Positions 63,595 to 64,000 of a stretch of 64,000 nucleotides of DNA are shown here, in pieces. This stretch comes from an uncultured Pseudomonadota bacterium. GTDB taxonomy: Bacteria > Oederibacteriota > Muellerivitia > Muellerivitales > Muellerivitaceae. Location: NCBI GenBank assembly GCA_963770835.1, contig CAVYRH010000026.1, forward strand, positions 672,001-736,000, in the 5' to 3' direction. The position numbers were made by a program, and so were the translations under genes. The notes below the pieces were generated by a model, which made no database searches, had not been told where the DNA came from, and was given only the letters and a program-made list of their open reading frames with translations. How positions within the stretch are numbered: the stretch's first letter is position 1; every line of letters begins with the position of its first letter.

Positions 63595-64000
63595 GATTTC
63601 CTCGGTAGGGCCGAGCTCAGCCGTACCGCCGACGGAATCCCAATGAGGGCGGCGGTCACGGGACCGGTCAGCCACCAGAGTAAAGAAAGGGAAACCAGCG
63701 AGGAGCTGGCCACCAAACCGGAGTAAAAGAAAATCATGCTTCCTTCCCGAAGCCCGAATCCCATGATCGATATGGGCAGGAATTCTATCACAATGATGAC
63801 GGGTAAGAACAACGCCAGGGGCCCGAAGGGCAGGGGAATCCCCAGGGCCAGCACGCAGAAATAGGCCCGGATCACGACGACGCCCCAGGCCAGGATAGAA
63901 AACAGGAAGGGCAGGGCCACCCTTTCGGAGGGGTTAAAAAGATCCTGGAGCTTCGCGTAAAACTCCCCCCCGTGGGTCGAAAGCTGGGCGGCCAGTTTTT
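63591..64000 (-). CDS. flippase-like membrane protein (lysylphosphatidylglycerol synthase TM family), 5'-truncated by window edge
   Basis: LPISIMGFGLREG motif; frame open to the window end. Confidence 0.75.
   Translation of the reverse strand, partial: KLAAQLSTHGGEFYAKLQDLFNPSERVALPFLFSILAWGVVVIRAYFCVLALGIPLPFGPLALFLPVIIVIEFLPISIMGFGLREGSMIFFYSGLVASSSLVSLSLLWWLTGPVTAALIGIPSAVRLSSALPRKS

Overview
Bacterial chromosomal window with mostly GC-rich coding DNA, AT-rich intergenic regions and one AT-rich insert. No rRNA, tRNA, CRISPR array or transposase was recognised. (1) 1-13 kb: partial Fic/Doc toxin, DUF2252-like protein, beta-carbonic anhydrase between REP-like doublets (one holds a nested 152-bp MITE), a frameshifted GH2 glycosidase, two convergent paralogous ParB-domain proteins with transmembrane segments flanking an inverted-repeat-bounded AT-rich cassette, a class I glutamine amidotransferase and crcB-DUF190. 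(2) 13-48 kb: five large secreted proteins with one plan: signal peptide, variable and often Cys-rich head (GH5, expansin, unknown beta domains), long (Thr-X)n mucin-like stalk, Ig-like DUF11/FlgD-type modules and a T9SS-type-A-like C-terminus. Four GT-C-type membrane glycosyltransferases sit among them (TMEM260/DUF2723-like, YfhO-like, a DxxxHL family, TMTC-like). Two stalk genes share a ~2.1 kb 3' half with one visible substitution, and one looks like a head/tail chimera. (3) 48-64 kb: LacI regulator, DUF4912-GH57, ROK kinase, small Lys-rich secreted protein, ilvD, bcp, dapF, and a second glycosylation operon (flippase-like protein, GT2, two more YfhO-like GT-Cs, one fused to an FkbM methyltransferase). 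Best candidate new system: modular mucin-like secreted enzymes/adhesins with dedicated protein O-glycosylation machinery. Second candidate: the membrane-anchored ParB-like pair. All family calls are from motif recognition by eye, not database searches.
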